Position numbers and translations under genes: made by a program. The notes under the pieces were generated by a model. That model had not been told where the DNA came from, made no database searches, and saw only the letters and a program-made list of their open reading frames with translations. Source: a virus. From it: 64,000 nt of DNA. This document shows positions 29,104-39,461 of this stretch, piece after piece. The number at the start of each line of letters is the position of its first letter. Within the stretch, counting starts at the first letter, position 1. The stretch covers positions 1-64,000 of IMG/VR virus record IMGVR_UViG_3300006754_000011. One strand, 5' to 3'.

Positions 29104-29107
29104 TCCA

Positions 29108-29482
29108 ATGGCAACTAGAACTATTAAAGGAACCCTAGACACTCTACAAGTGAATACTGGAAGTGAAATAACCTATAAAGGGCAGTCTTTAACAGGTAAA
29201 GGAAAACGTGCTTTCCAAGTAAATCCAGGTGGAACAGGTAGTTTAATTGTTGATATTGATCAAAGTTCGGGTGTGTCCGAACTAGAAATTTTCCAAGAAG
29301 ATGCTTATACAGGATCTGCTCGTGCTACAGGTTATCAAACCATTGCAAATATTGGAAAAGCTGGAAAAGGTAAAGGAGCTGTTGCTGTTACAGTAAGTGA
29401 TGCAGCAAAGAATTATATTGTTATGCTTACTCTAAGCGGTTATTCAGAAGTTGCCTACAGCGGATCTGTCACCATCCCGTAA
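29108..29482 (+). CDS. Small beta-rich hypothetical protein
   Basis: 124-aa ORF. Confidence 0.5.
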   Translation: MATRTIKGTLDTLQVNTGSEITYKGQSLTGKGKRAFQVNPGGTGSLIVDIDQSSGVSELEIFQEDAYTGSARATGYQTIANIGKAGKGKGAVAVTVSDAAKNYIVMLTLSGYSEVAYSGSVTIP

Positions 29483-30179
29483 GCTCGATATTTCATATGC
29501 AAATGATTATGCATATGATTTAATTAAATATTATGCAGTAGCCAGGACTCTTATGGGTTCTGGCCTTTATGCTTCTTATAAAGCGCATGGAGAATCTATT
29601 TGGAAGATTGGTTTTGATAGTACTGAAATAAGAAGTAAAGTAATTTCAGCACGAACTAAAGCTACTTATGAAGAAGTTGATGAACAATTAAAATTAGATC
29701 TAAAGAAATTATCATATAAAATTGCAAATTTAATTTTTTGGCCTTTGAATGCAAAAAAGAAAGCTGCAGTTTTAAGTTATGCTTTTAGTATTGGATTTCC
29801 AAAATTTAAGAATTCTGATTTACTTGAAGTAATCAATAGAGGAGCTAAAAGAAAAGAAATTATTAAGATTTGGTCACCTTATATTAATAAAAATTGGAGA
29901 CATTTAGGAGAGAATTTTTTTGATAAACGTAGATCAGAACTGAATTTATTCCTTGCTCCTGATAAAGATATTCCTACATTAGTTCCACATAAATGTAAAC
30001 TTAATCGTTGCCTCCTAAATATAGGTGATACATATAATGGCAATATAAACCAAATTAAGGCAATTAATTACTTAGAGAAAAAGCTTCTTGAATTAGATCC
30101 GTCTGGTGAGGTTCTTCGTAGGTTTTTTCGATACTGGGATCAAGTACCTGGAGGTCTGGGATCTCCACGATGTCTCTAG
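29451..30179 (+). CDS. GH24 phage-lysozyme-like protein with degenerate catalytic residues
   Basis: LIK.., WKIGF, AAVLSYAFSIG, SDLLEVINRG, RRSELNLF; catalytic Glu position is Ala. Confidence 0.6.
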   Translation: MPTADLSPSRKLDISYANDYAYDLIKYYAVARTLMGSGLYASYKAHGESIWKIGFDSTEIRSKVISARTKATYEEVDEQLKLDLKKLSYKIANLIFWPLNAKKKAAVLSYAFSIGFPKFKNSDLLEVINRGAKRKEIIKIWSPYINKNWRHLGENFFDKRRSELNLFLAPDKDIPTLVPHKCKLNRCLLNIGDTYNGNINQIKAINYLEKKLLELDPSGEVLRRFFRYWDQVPGGLGSPRCL

Positions 30180-30235
30180 TATCCTGAAGCCAATCCAGAC
30201 AATTAATAATTTTCCATTCTTCGCTATCTAGAATT

Positions 30236-30565
30236 TTATCTGCGTTCATTAAGCTCTTTCCAAATTTTTAAAAGGATTAAATAACCAATTAGATCTTGAA
30301 TTACATCCTCATCTGTTTCTAGGATATCACTTCCTTGTTTGATTCGATTTAATTTATCATCGATACGAACTAAGATCTGTTCATTGGTAGGTGCCTTACT
30401 AAATACTCGAAGAGGTTCCAATGCAGAATTCCCGTAAGAGAGATTCTTTTCTAATAGAAGATCTCGAATATCATCACAAATCTTGGCAATTAAAAGTGCC
30501 GTCTCATTCTTCTCATGGTTTTTCAGCACGACAAGTGAGGTGGAAGGAGCTGTTTTCTTTACCAT
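30236..30565 (-). CDS. DUF1599/Nmad1 nucleotide-modification-associated protein
   Basis: LLEKNLSYGNS, VRIDDKLNRI, EDVIQDLIGY. Confidence 0.75.
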   Translation of the reverse strand: MVKKTAPSTSLVVLKNHEKNETALLIAKICDDIRDLLLEKNLSYGNSALEPLRVFSKAPTNEQILVRIDDKLNRIKQGSDILETDEDVIQDLIGYLILLKIWKELNERR

Positions 30566-30593
30566 TACCGATTAGTATCGGTAGAATATTATC

Positions 30594-30833
30594 ATGGCTA
30601 AAAATAGATCACAAGACTACGACGTAGACCATCGTCGTGTAAATACAGAACAAGCTAGTGATAATGAATCAGGTAAAAAATTTTTAGCACAATATTTAGA
30701 ATCAAAGCGAAGAAAAGATGCTTATCCAATTGGTAATGAACGAGAAAGAGATGATCGCTTTATTGTTCCAGCATTAAATCAAACAGATGGAGAAATCACT
30801 TTTAAGAATTTATTCAGAGCTACTCAAACTTAA
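30594..30833 (+). CDS. Small charged protein, probably leaderless
   Basis: TAGAAT ends 6 nt before ATG. Confidence 0.55.
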   Translation: MAKNRSQDYDVDHRRVNTEQASDNESGKKFLAQYLESKRRKDAYPIGNERERDDRFIVPALNQTDGEITFKNLFRATQT

Positions 30834-31459
30834 TTAATTATTTTTCCAATATTAGAAAAGATCTCTCTAAATCTTTCTCCTGATTGAAAGTCTGTACGAG
30901 GTGGGGGTAAGTAAATAAAAAATCCCCATGTAAAGGGAGTTTTAAAACGATAATATTTTTTCCCTTGGATTAAATTAGCTCGTTTAGTAGGAATACATAT
31001 AGGATAATCCCACATATTTGGGCATGCTCGCATCATTTCATGGTTACAGGAAAATAATAAAGCTTCATAAACATTGCGTAGTTTCCATTCACGTTCTAAA
31101 CGTTTAAACCATGCAATAGAAGGACTCATTGATCCTGTTCCACCGTGTAATCCCCAGCGCCATGTTCCTCTTTGTTTACTAAAAGAACAACGTCCGTAAG
31201 TAGGAGGGAAACAATATACTTTTCCTGTCCATGCAATATCTATATTTAAACCATCATCTTCTTTTGTATAGAAATTTTTAGCATGAATAAAATCTTTATT
31301 AGCATGTTCAGTACTACAAGGATCTAAATCAATATGATATTCAAATAGAGCTGCTATATAAGGTAAATATTCAGCAGGTGTAATCCAATCTTCTTCTAAT
31401 CTCCAAATTCTTTTTGCATTTTCAAATTTTCTACGCGATTCAGCATAGCTCTTTTTCAT
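30830..31459 (-). CDS. Phage Dam-family N6-adenine methyltransferase homologue with atypical motif IV
   Basis: DWITP, DLDPCS, FYTKEDDGL..W.G.VY; FPPTY where NPPY is expected. Confidence 0.7.
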   Translation of the reverse strand: MKKSYAESRRKFENAKRIWRLEEDWITPAEYLPYIAALFEYHIDLDPCSTEHANKDFIHAKNFYTKEDDGLNIDIAWTGKVYCFPPTYGRCSFSKQRGTWRWGLHGGTGSMSPSIAWFKRLEREWKLRNVYEALLFSCNHEMMRACPNMWDYPICIPTKRANLIQGKKYYRFKTPFTWGFFIYLPPPRTDFQSGERFREIFSNIGKIIN

Positions 31460-32747
31460 ATAGCACGAACTGAAACTTTCTCATCTTTGTCATAGTGGAT
31501 TAAAGATACATACTTAGGATCCTGAAGAATGAATAAAGCTTCTTTTTTAGGATCAATCGATTCAGCTTTTACAATTGCTCTACGCATTACATCAGCAAGT
31601 TCTTCCATATCTCTACTTACCATGTCACTTACAGCATTCATTAAATGGTCAACAGTTAAATAGAACATTGTATTATCTTCAGATTTAGGCGCATAGACCA
31701 TTGCCCCAGGTCCTTCTGCTTTGAAAAATTTTTCATAAAATTCTGCCATATCTATTGTTACACGTTCAATAACAATATCAAGCATCTTCTGTTCTGCTTC
31801 AGAAGGATTAGCTTTTAACAGGTTGTTTAGAATCTTTTTCCTTCGGTCGCTCATGTCGAATAAAACGAGACAGATCAGAGTTTTTTAAAGTCTCATGTAG
31901 CTTAGGAAGCCCACGATATAAAACAACTGGTTTCCCAGCATTACCAATCTTTTTAACTAACTTACCATCCTGATCCCTGACTTTTATTAATTCTTCTTGT
32001 CTTAATAAGTACTCCGCCACACAGCGATAACGCCGTTTTGAATTTAAATCGATGTCAGGAAAACGATCACAAATTGTAGCTGCTTTCATATCACTAAAAG
32101 CAATTCTGATTTGATCTGCTAGTGATAGACCTAAAACCATATCATTAGTAGATGTTTCATAAGTCTGAATTAATTCAAGATATCGTCTTAGATCAACAGT
32201 TTCAAAACTTCCTGAAGGTGGAATAAACATTTCTACTTGAATGATCAGAGAAGAAACTAGTTTTTTTCTATAATTTTTAATAGTTACACTATTGATATCA
32301 AGTTCTTTAAAACGATAACTTTTATATTTAGCTATGGGTTCTAGTTGTATATTCGTATCTTTACCCTCTGTCAACAACCAATCCACAAGTTTCATGTAGA
32401 AATACTTTAATCTAATTATTTTAACGCTTTTTCAAAGCTTCGCACCATTGTTTTTCATGATCCATTCTTAAAACCCATTCAAGATAGTCACGTTTAGGTT
32501 CCATATCTTTGAAATTTCCTGGCTTTGGTTTGCCTCCATAATTAGAGGCTTCCCATAATGCTTGTGCAAATTGTCTTTGACCTGGTGTAGAAAGTTCACC
32601 AAATAGAAGTTCTTCTGGCAGAGATTTTAGAAGTTTGCTAAACTCTTCACTGTCAGGTGCACACTTTTTATGATGCGTAGAACTATCACTTGGGCTGAGT
32701 TGCTTCTCGTTCTCATTATTGTTCCTAGTGGAATTTACGGACTTCAT
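31456..32747 (-). CDS. Three hypothetical genes (31456-31854, 31808-32395, 32421-32747)
   Basis: ORF track; co-oriented and partly overlapping; no recognised motifs. Confidence 0.5.
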
Positions 32748-32809
32748 AAAGGCTATGAGTATTTAACTGATAAAATTACTATAGAGATTAACATTCATCA
32801 GAAATAGAT

Positions 32810-33169
32810 ATGGGAAAGAAATCCCCCTCAGCACCTGTTACTTATATACAAAAAAAAGGCGCACCCATTGTTTATCAAACATATGTTCCTGATGAGCATT
32901 ATGCAGAAGGTGATCGTGATACTGCAGAATTGCAATCTGAGATAAATCAAGCTAAATTAGATCTTGAAAATATTGAAGGCTTAGGTGCAGCAAGTAGAGC
33001 AAGAATAAATAAAGAAACAGAGGATCGTTTTAAAGCAAACTATGCAGCGTCCCTTCCTGATACACGTGAAGTTCATTCTGGTTTAGTTGAGCAACCTGAA
33101 TGGGATGCGGAACCTGGTCCACGTCGTATTAGACTTGCAGGACAAAAAATTAAAAAGAAAACTTCTTAA
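32810..33169 (+). CDS. Small protein with MGKK N-terminus and RLAGQ motif
   Basis: Isolated + gene within a - block. Confidence 0.55.
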   Translation: MGKKSPSAPVTYIQKKGAPIVYQTYVPDEHYAEGDRDTAELQSEINQAKLDLENIEGLGAASRARINKETEDRFKANYAASLPDTREVHSGLVEQPEWDAEPGPRRIRLAGQKIKKKTS

Positions 33170-33432
33170 GATACAGTAAGACCTATTTTTGCTTCTTCTT
33201 CTTCATTAGGATATCTAATACCATTTTCTTCAAGCCATTCTTCATAAACAGCTGACATCACTTCATAATCTTCTGTCGGAATAACAACTACAGCTTTTTC
33301 TTCCCATACATGGTTCGAATCAAAATTTGAAACCCAACTAATTTTTACTGTATAGTGTTCTTGCTGGTCAATAACATCATCAAGGATGCGATCTAAATCA
33401 CGCTCCATCTGTTGAAGAGTTACAACCTTCAT
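33166..33432 (-). CDS. Phd/YefM antitoxin-like protein
   Basis: MKVVTLQQMERDLDRILDDV....HYTV...AVVVIPTEDYE follows the Phd/YefM pattern. Confidence 0.65.
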   Translation of the reverse strand: MKVVTLQQMERDLDRILDDVIDQQEHYTVKISWVSNFDSNHVWEEKAVVVIPTEDYEVMSAVYEEWLEENGIRYPNEEEEAKIGLTVS

Positions 33433-33471
33433 TTATTATTTGCAGATTATTTAAGATTAGCAGGATTAATA

Positions 33472-34489
33472 CTAATCACCTATTACCTTACCGAAGTTAA
33501 TTGTCTCACCTACTTGACTAGTCACAGCACCCCAATCTTGAGCATCGTCAATAGAACTCATATCTAATTTTTCATCATTACCTGTAGCACTTGCATGCCA
33601 ATCTGTATCATATCCTTTAATCGTGATTGAGAATTCAGTATCTAGGTATCTAAAATCATTAGTAATTACAAATATATAAACTCCAACATCTAACATTGTA
33701 GATGTGTAATCAGTAACTACAATACTTTCTTCTCCTACATCAATACTGGCTTCTGCTACTACATAACCTAAATCATTAATTGGTAGTTCTTTACGAGCCG
33801 TACCATCTATTAATTTATAAAAAGCAATAAGAGTATTTCTATTTGTTTTTTTAGTTAAAGCAGTTTGACTATAATTTTGAACAACTTGTAAGGAGCGTTT
33901 CTTATGTAATCTAAGTTTATAAAAAGTAGAAGTTTTTCTACTAAGTCCTCCATGAGTACCTGAAATACTTACTTCCCGAAATAAAGGAGAGAAATCGCCG
34001 AGATCAATAGGAGAATTAAGGTTATCTCCGTAACGCGGAGGTAATGGATCAGATCCAAAGTATGTTGTAGGTCCATATGCAACTGGGCCTGTACCACCTG
34101 TAGGATATGCTTGTACTTTGCCTAAATTTACATAGCCAAGATTATTTGGAACTGTCGTTAGAAATCTTGCCATATTCTTCTGCTATTCCTGTAAACAAAC
34201 CGTGCATTGGGTGATCTTCTGCATCTCTACCTAATTCTTTATATCTTTCTGCCACGATTCTAGCACGTTCTGGATAGCAACCTTCTCCTTCCATTGTTCT
34301 TATATCAGCGTAGTTAATACTTTCTGCTAAATCTTCTAAAGCTTCTTCAGCTTCTTTACGTGTTTCATATCTTTCTGTATAAAGTGTGTCTCCATCTACA
34401 CTTATATAACCTATATAATCAGGATTAGGAACATGCCAAGCAGTAGGAAAAACGCATTTTTCTTTAAAGACAACTTTTTGCGTGGTCAT
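33472..34489 (-). CDS. Two hypothetical genes (33472-34173 beta-rich; 34142-34489 acidic)
   Basis: ORF track. Confidence 0.5.
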
Positions 34490-35051
34490 AAATAGTTTTC
34501 CCTTTAAGTTCTAGCTTAATGACCGAAATATTTTTCGGGTTTTTTAACTGTACTCCCATTATTCTTAGATGCAAGGGGTTACAACAAGTGAAATCACATC
34601 CTTCTTGATGAGTAATTCTTAACTTACCTGTATATCCACGCGATAGCCAGAAAGCTACACGTGCTGCTGAATGTGTTTTTGCTTTGTGAAAAGGACTGAT
34701 CATATAAGCTACTGTTTCATATTTACTTTGTCTAATTGAACCTTTCCAAGGCCAGCATTCTGTTGGTCCTTTAATTTCTATCTTGGACCAAAAAGATCTG
34801 AAATAATAAAACATATCAATATCAAATTGTTCGATATCAATCAAACATTTTCCTTTTTTAATTTCTTCCATGCAATGTAAACACTCACAATCAGGTCCAA
34901 AATTTCCTGAATGTTTTTTACTTTTACCTTTATGCCATAAACATAATTGAGATTTCAAATCCTGTTCTTCTTTTAAGAGTTTTTGTTGTAGCATTTCATC
35001 TCCAAAAGATTCAATTAATTTTTTAGGAAGATCTGTATCAATTATCCGCAT
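34464..35051 (-). CDS. His-Me finger/HNH endonuclease-like protein
   Basis: FWSKI..KGPTECWPWKG...AARVAF...ITH..GCDFTCCNPLHL. Confidence 0.7.
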   Translation of the reverse strand: MRIIDTDLPKKLIESFGDEMLQQKLLKEEQDLKSQLCLWHKGKSKKHSGNFGPDCECLHCMEEIKKGKCLIDIEQFDIDMFYYFRSFWSKIEIKGPTECWPWKGSIRQSKYETVAYMISPFHKAKTHSAARVAFWLSRGYTGKLRITHQEGCDFTCCNPLHLRIMGVQLKNPKNISVIKLELKGKTIYDHAKSCL

Positions 35052-35577
35052 AATTACAGATCCTACGAACTGTGTTATAGCTTAAATTAAATTCTTTGGC
35101 AATATCTCTATAGCAAATGTTCTTTTTATTTCTTTTATATTTCCAAACAATCTGACCAAAGATATATTTATCAATATTGATACCCTTTCTTTGCCATTTT
35201 TCAATAGTGAAATCAATTTTATCTCCATAAAAAAGATGACGTGGATTTATACAATGGAAGTTTTTACAGCTTCCTTTTCTAATCAAGATTGTTTCTTCTT
35301 TTTCTTTAACTGGAAAGATATTATAAACAGCAAGAATTAAGGGATTAGCATTCTTTCCTTTGTAGCGTGTACAATATTGATTTGATAAAGTAAAACCTCT
35401 TTCTAATTGACGCATACTAGCAATATCCCAGCATTGATCTGAACCGTAATACTGTTGTAATTTATTTAAAGAATTAGCAATTCTATAAATATCTTCTCCA
35501 TTTAGACCTACTTCACGAAAGATTTTCCTGACCTTTTCTACGTAGCATTCATAAACAGAAGAATCCATAGAGATCAA
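35038..35577 (-). CDS. Degenerate His-Me finger/HNH protein with C-terminal HTH
   Basis: DQCW...SCKNFHCINPRHLFYG...IAKEFNLSYNTVRRI. Confidence 0.6.
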   Translation of the reverse strand: MISMDSSVYECYVEKVRKIFREVGLNGEDIYRIANSLNKLQQYYGSDQCWDIASMRQLERGFTLSNQYCTRYKGKNANPLILAVYNIFPVKEKEETILIRKGSCKNFHCINPRHLFYGDKIDFTIEKWQRKGINIDKYIFGQIVWKYKRNKKNICYRDIAKEFNLSYNTVRRICNYADN

Positions 35578-35867
35578 TCATAGTCCATTTAGTCTAACTG
35601 TTAGCTCCTTCACAACCCAAACTCGTGATAGAACGTAACCCTTCTATTAATTACCTATGAACTAACTTGTGGTTATGAATTACACAGACCCTCTCTGTAT
35701 CCTTCAAAACCACAAGCCATTTCCTAGGGAATTTTTTTCTTTTCTCTTTTCAAACGAATGTGTTCTGCATGAAGACACAATCGATTGCAGTACAAGGGTT
35801 TGTAGTTTCCTGCACAACCCAACCTGAACGATGCTGCTGTTAAAATTGAAGAAAATAAAGATAAAAT

Positions 35868-38055
35868 ATGTCAGCACGATATGGACTTCGCTCTCTTTTA
35901 AGAGATCTTCATCAACGTCGGGTGAGAAGTGATGTTCTTTCTCAAACAGCTGTAGAGACAGGTAAAAGAGGTTTCTTTCCTGAATTTGGTTTTGGAGAAG
36001 CAGCAAGAGGTCTTCTTGGTATGGATTTAGATCAAGCTGATCAACTTGATCCTACTTTTCAAACTAATTTACAAGAACGTATAAAGCGTGTTCTTCCAAG
36101 TAGTAATCCTTATGTAGGAACATTAGGAACAGATGAAGCTGGAGATCCATACAATTTTCCTGATACTAAACAAGAACGAACTGGTCAATATGTAGATAAG
36201 ACACCCCTAGAAGCTCCTTGGTCATCAGGAGGAGACCAAGCTGTTCCTGTAACAACATCAACACCAGTCACACCAGCAACAGAAACTCCTACTAGTACTT
36301 CAGATAAAGTTGATAACTTCTTAAATAAAAACGACGCTAGAACGCAATGGCTACAGGATACTTCTAGGAGTCCAGCTGCTAGAGCTAAAACACATGGTAA
36401 ACCTACATGGTCAGATGAAGAAAGATGGCAGATACATTTAAAAAATCAACAATGGAGAAAAAATAAAGGACGTAATTTCACTCATGGTGAATTTCTTAGT
36501 TAGATAGTTATAGCTTTATAATTAGTAAGGGTAAGTAAAATAAAATGAATCCAAATTATTCAAATGTAACTCCACTCAATGCTGATGGTTCTATTGATCA
36601 TCGAGTAGGAGATGTAGGAGCAAAAGCAGCTGCATTAGCTGCGTTAGGAATTTCTCCTTTACATGGTACTCAAGTCCCTACACAAGCTAATTACTTTACT
36701 CAACAACCTACTCAACAACAAGGAGAGGTACGTTATTAATGCCTGGATTTGATGATAGTGCTTTGATGAATGAACCTACCAGTAGACAACGTAGTTTACC
36801 TGGGGGTTATTCCAATCAAGGTGAAATGGTAAGTGCTCCTTATCAAGGAAAATCTAAAAAAAGACAGGTGTATAACACCAATCCTGAAAACACAATTTCT
36901 CAGATGGCCGATAAAGATCTTGATCAAAACATTGGTATTCGAGATCGTGTCGACAACTTTATCCAAGATATGGAGGAAAATTAATCATGGGCAAACGTAA
37001 AGGAAAATCTTTGAAATTTGGAGGTTTAATAGGAGGAGCAGTAGGAGCAGCAGCTAAACAAGGACGAAGAATGGCAGGAATGTTCAGTCCAATGGGCGTA
37101 CTTACAGGTGGAATACTTGGAGGTATGTATGGAAAAGGCAGATCTCGTGCTAAACCTGGCATGGGAATGGGAGAAGATAAACCAATCGTAAATGTTGATA
37201 GAGGACCTTGGGGAGGACGACGAGGAGGAAGACGAGGAGGCGGTGGAGGACAGCGAGGCCAATGGGTTAATAACGAAACTGGAGATGCTTGGCTAAGTAA
37301 AGGTAGAGGAGATCTTGCACCAGGCCGTCGTTCAGGCCAGGGAGATAAACCCGAAGATTGGTCAGATGATCCAAGATTAGATCAATATAGTTTTAAACCT
37401 AAATATAGAAGGTAGAAGAAGTTCCTATAACTCGTAATGAATTCTTATGCACAATGGTTTCAAATACCTAGAGGTAATAGGGGAACTCAATCTCGTTTTA
37501 ATCCAGGAGTTCCTCGATTAGCAAACCATCCTGTTGCACCTTATCAAGGACCTTGGGGTAGATCTGTAGAACCTACCGAACCTAGACATCCTCATGAGCC
37601 TACTGAACCTATACACCCACATGAACCAGTTAATGATAAAACAACTAAAGGATCTATTAGAAGTAAAATTGGTACGTTTTTAAGTAAAGGTGGTCATGTA
37701 TAAAAGAAATACAGGGAGGTTAAAATAACTAGTAATGGATAATGATTTTCCGACTGTAATGGCTAATGAACCTGTTGGTTTTCTCCAACAATACTTACGT
37801 GGAAAAAATATGTATAGTCAGAGTGGCACTGCTATACCTGATTTTTCTACTGAAACTGGATATGAACAAGATAGAGGAGGTCCCTTAATTTCTCAAACTA
37901 GTTTTGATATTAATAAAAGAGGAGGGTCTTTAGGAGGACGTTCAGGAGAACAACTATTAAGAATTCATGATTCAAGTATTGATAATCAACAGCTTCAGAA
38001 AGAATTAAAATTACGTCAACTTTTACCAACTGGACTTCAATTACCCACTGTATAA
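35868..38055 (+). CDS. Cluster of six low-complexity small genes (35868-36503, 36545-36739, 36739-36984, 36987-37415, 37437-37703, 37735-38055); candidate internal virion proteins
   Basis: G/P/Q/R-rich ORFs, several with their own -10 box; 36987 is RGG-rich. Confidence 0.55.
37572..37625 (+). repeat. 27-nt tandem duplication encoding PTEP(R/I)HPHE twice
   Basis: cctaccgaacctagacatcctcatgag / cctactgaacctatacacccacatgaa. Confidence 0.8.
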
Positions 38056-38078
38056 TTAAATATAGGAGTTTTTTATAG

Positions 38079-39251
38079 ATGTCACAAACAAAAGCACAAT
38101 TACTTAGCGGAACTTCTGCTCAAGATTTAACAGTTGATAATATTAGTGCAGCAACTTTTAACCAAGGTGGATTAGCAACTAAAAATTTATTTATTAATGG
38201 AGCTTGTGTCGTAGCACAAAGAAGCACTGCGGCTTCAGGTAGTAATGGTTTTAATACTCTTGATAGACTTTATTTTGAGACTGGTGGTAATGATGAAGCT
38301 GCAACACTTCAACAAGTAGATGTAGCTAGTGGTACAACACCTTATACATTAGGATTTAGGAAGTGTGCAAAGATACTTAATGGTAATCAAACAGGTGGAG
38401 CAGGTGCATCAGATACGGTTGAATTTAATTATAGTTTTGAGGCACAAGATTTAGCTACTTCTGGATGGAATTATAAATCTGCTTCAAGTTATGTAACATT
38501 TTCTTTTTGGGTTAAATCTAGTGTTGCTCAAAATTTCTATGGATATTTTAGAGCCAGAGATGGTTCTGCACAAATGTATTCATTTGATACTGGATCTTTA
38601 AGTGCAGATACTTGGACAAAAGTAACAAAAACTATACCTGGAGATTCAAACCTTACATTTGATAATGATAATGGGAACGGTTTAACAATTACATTTGATG
38701 GTTACCGAGGAACAAGTGCTGGTGGAAACGGTGCAACTTTGCATACATGGTTTGCAGAAGATAACGCAACTAGAACACCAGCTCAAACAACTACTTGGTA
38801 TACCACTAATGATTCAACATTAGAATTTACAGGTATGCAATTAGAAGTAGGAGATACTGCAAGTTCATTTAATCATAGATCGTATGGTGATGAATTAGCT
38901 AGGTGTCAGAGGTATTTTTGGCAAGCTACAAAACAAGGATCTACAGGTGAAGTTACAAATAAACCAGTATGTATGGCAACTTATACTTCATCAAGTGAGA
39001 TAAGAGGAGTAATCGACTTTCCTGTAGAAATGAGATCAGAACCTACTCTTAGTTCCAATGATAATAGTAATAGTTGGTATATAAATGCTGGTTCTGGTGG
39101 TGATACGTTTAATGACTTTGCCTTATACAGTGCTACTTCAAAACGTGCAATTGTTAAGAATAGTGCTGATGTTAGTGGTACAGCAGGTGCCTGTGGGATG
39201 ATTGCCCAAGAAACAGGGGATTCATCACTTTCTTTTAGTGCGGAGCTTTAA
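38079..39251 (+). CDS. Receptor-binding/carbohydrate-binding tail protein, copy B
   Basis: Paralogue of 20007-21116 (SFWVKSSVAQ, HRSYGDEL.RCQRY, FSAEL). Confidence 0.7.
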   Translation: MSQTKAQLLSGTSAQDLTVDNISAATFNQGGLATKNLFINGACVVAQRSTAASGSNGFNTLDRLYFETGGNDEAATLQQVDVASGTTPYTLGFRKCAKILNGNQTGGAGASDTVEFNYSFEAQDLATSGWNYKSASSYVTFSFWVKSSVAQNFYGYFRARDGSAQMYSFDTGSLSADTWTKVTKTIPGDSNLTFDNDNGNGLTITFDGYRGTSAGGNGATLHTWFAEDNATRTPAQTTTWYTTNDSTLEFTGMQLEVGDTASSFNHRSYGDELARCQRYFWQATKQGSTGEVTNKPVCMATYTSSSEIRGVIDFPVEMRSEPTLSSNDNSNSWYINAGSGGDTFNDFALYSATSKRAIVKNSADVSGTAGACGMIAQETGDSSLSFSAEL

Positions 39252-39253
39252 CT

Positions 39254-39427
39254 ATGGCTGATTACAAACTTATTTCTGATAGAGGTTCAACTAGTGGAAT
39301 TATCAAAAAAACTAAGGATATACCTGCTAATACATCAGTTAATATCCCTATAGCTTTAGATAACACAGACTACCAAGAGTACCTTAAGTGGGTAGCAGCA
39401 GGTAACACACCTGATCCTGCTGATTAG
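39254..39427 (+). CDS. Short paralogue of the 21119 chaperone N-domain (not in ORF track)
   Basis: IPIALDNTDYQEYLKWVAAGNTPDPAD versus IPFDPANTSYQEYLAWIDAGNTPDPAD. Confidence 0.75.
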   Translation: MADYKLISDRGSTSGIIKKTKDIPANTSVNIPIALDNTDYQEYLKWVAAGNTPDPAD

Positions 39428-39461
39428 TCCGTTTAAAATGAATTTATTACTGAGAATTTAA

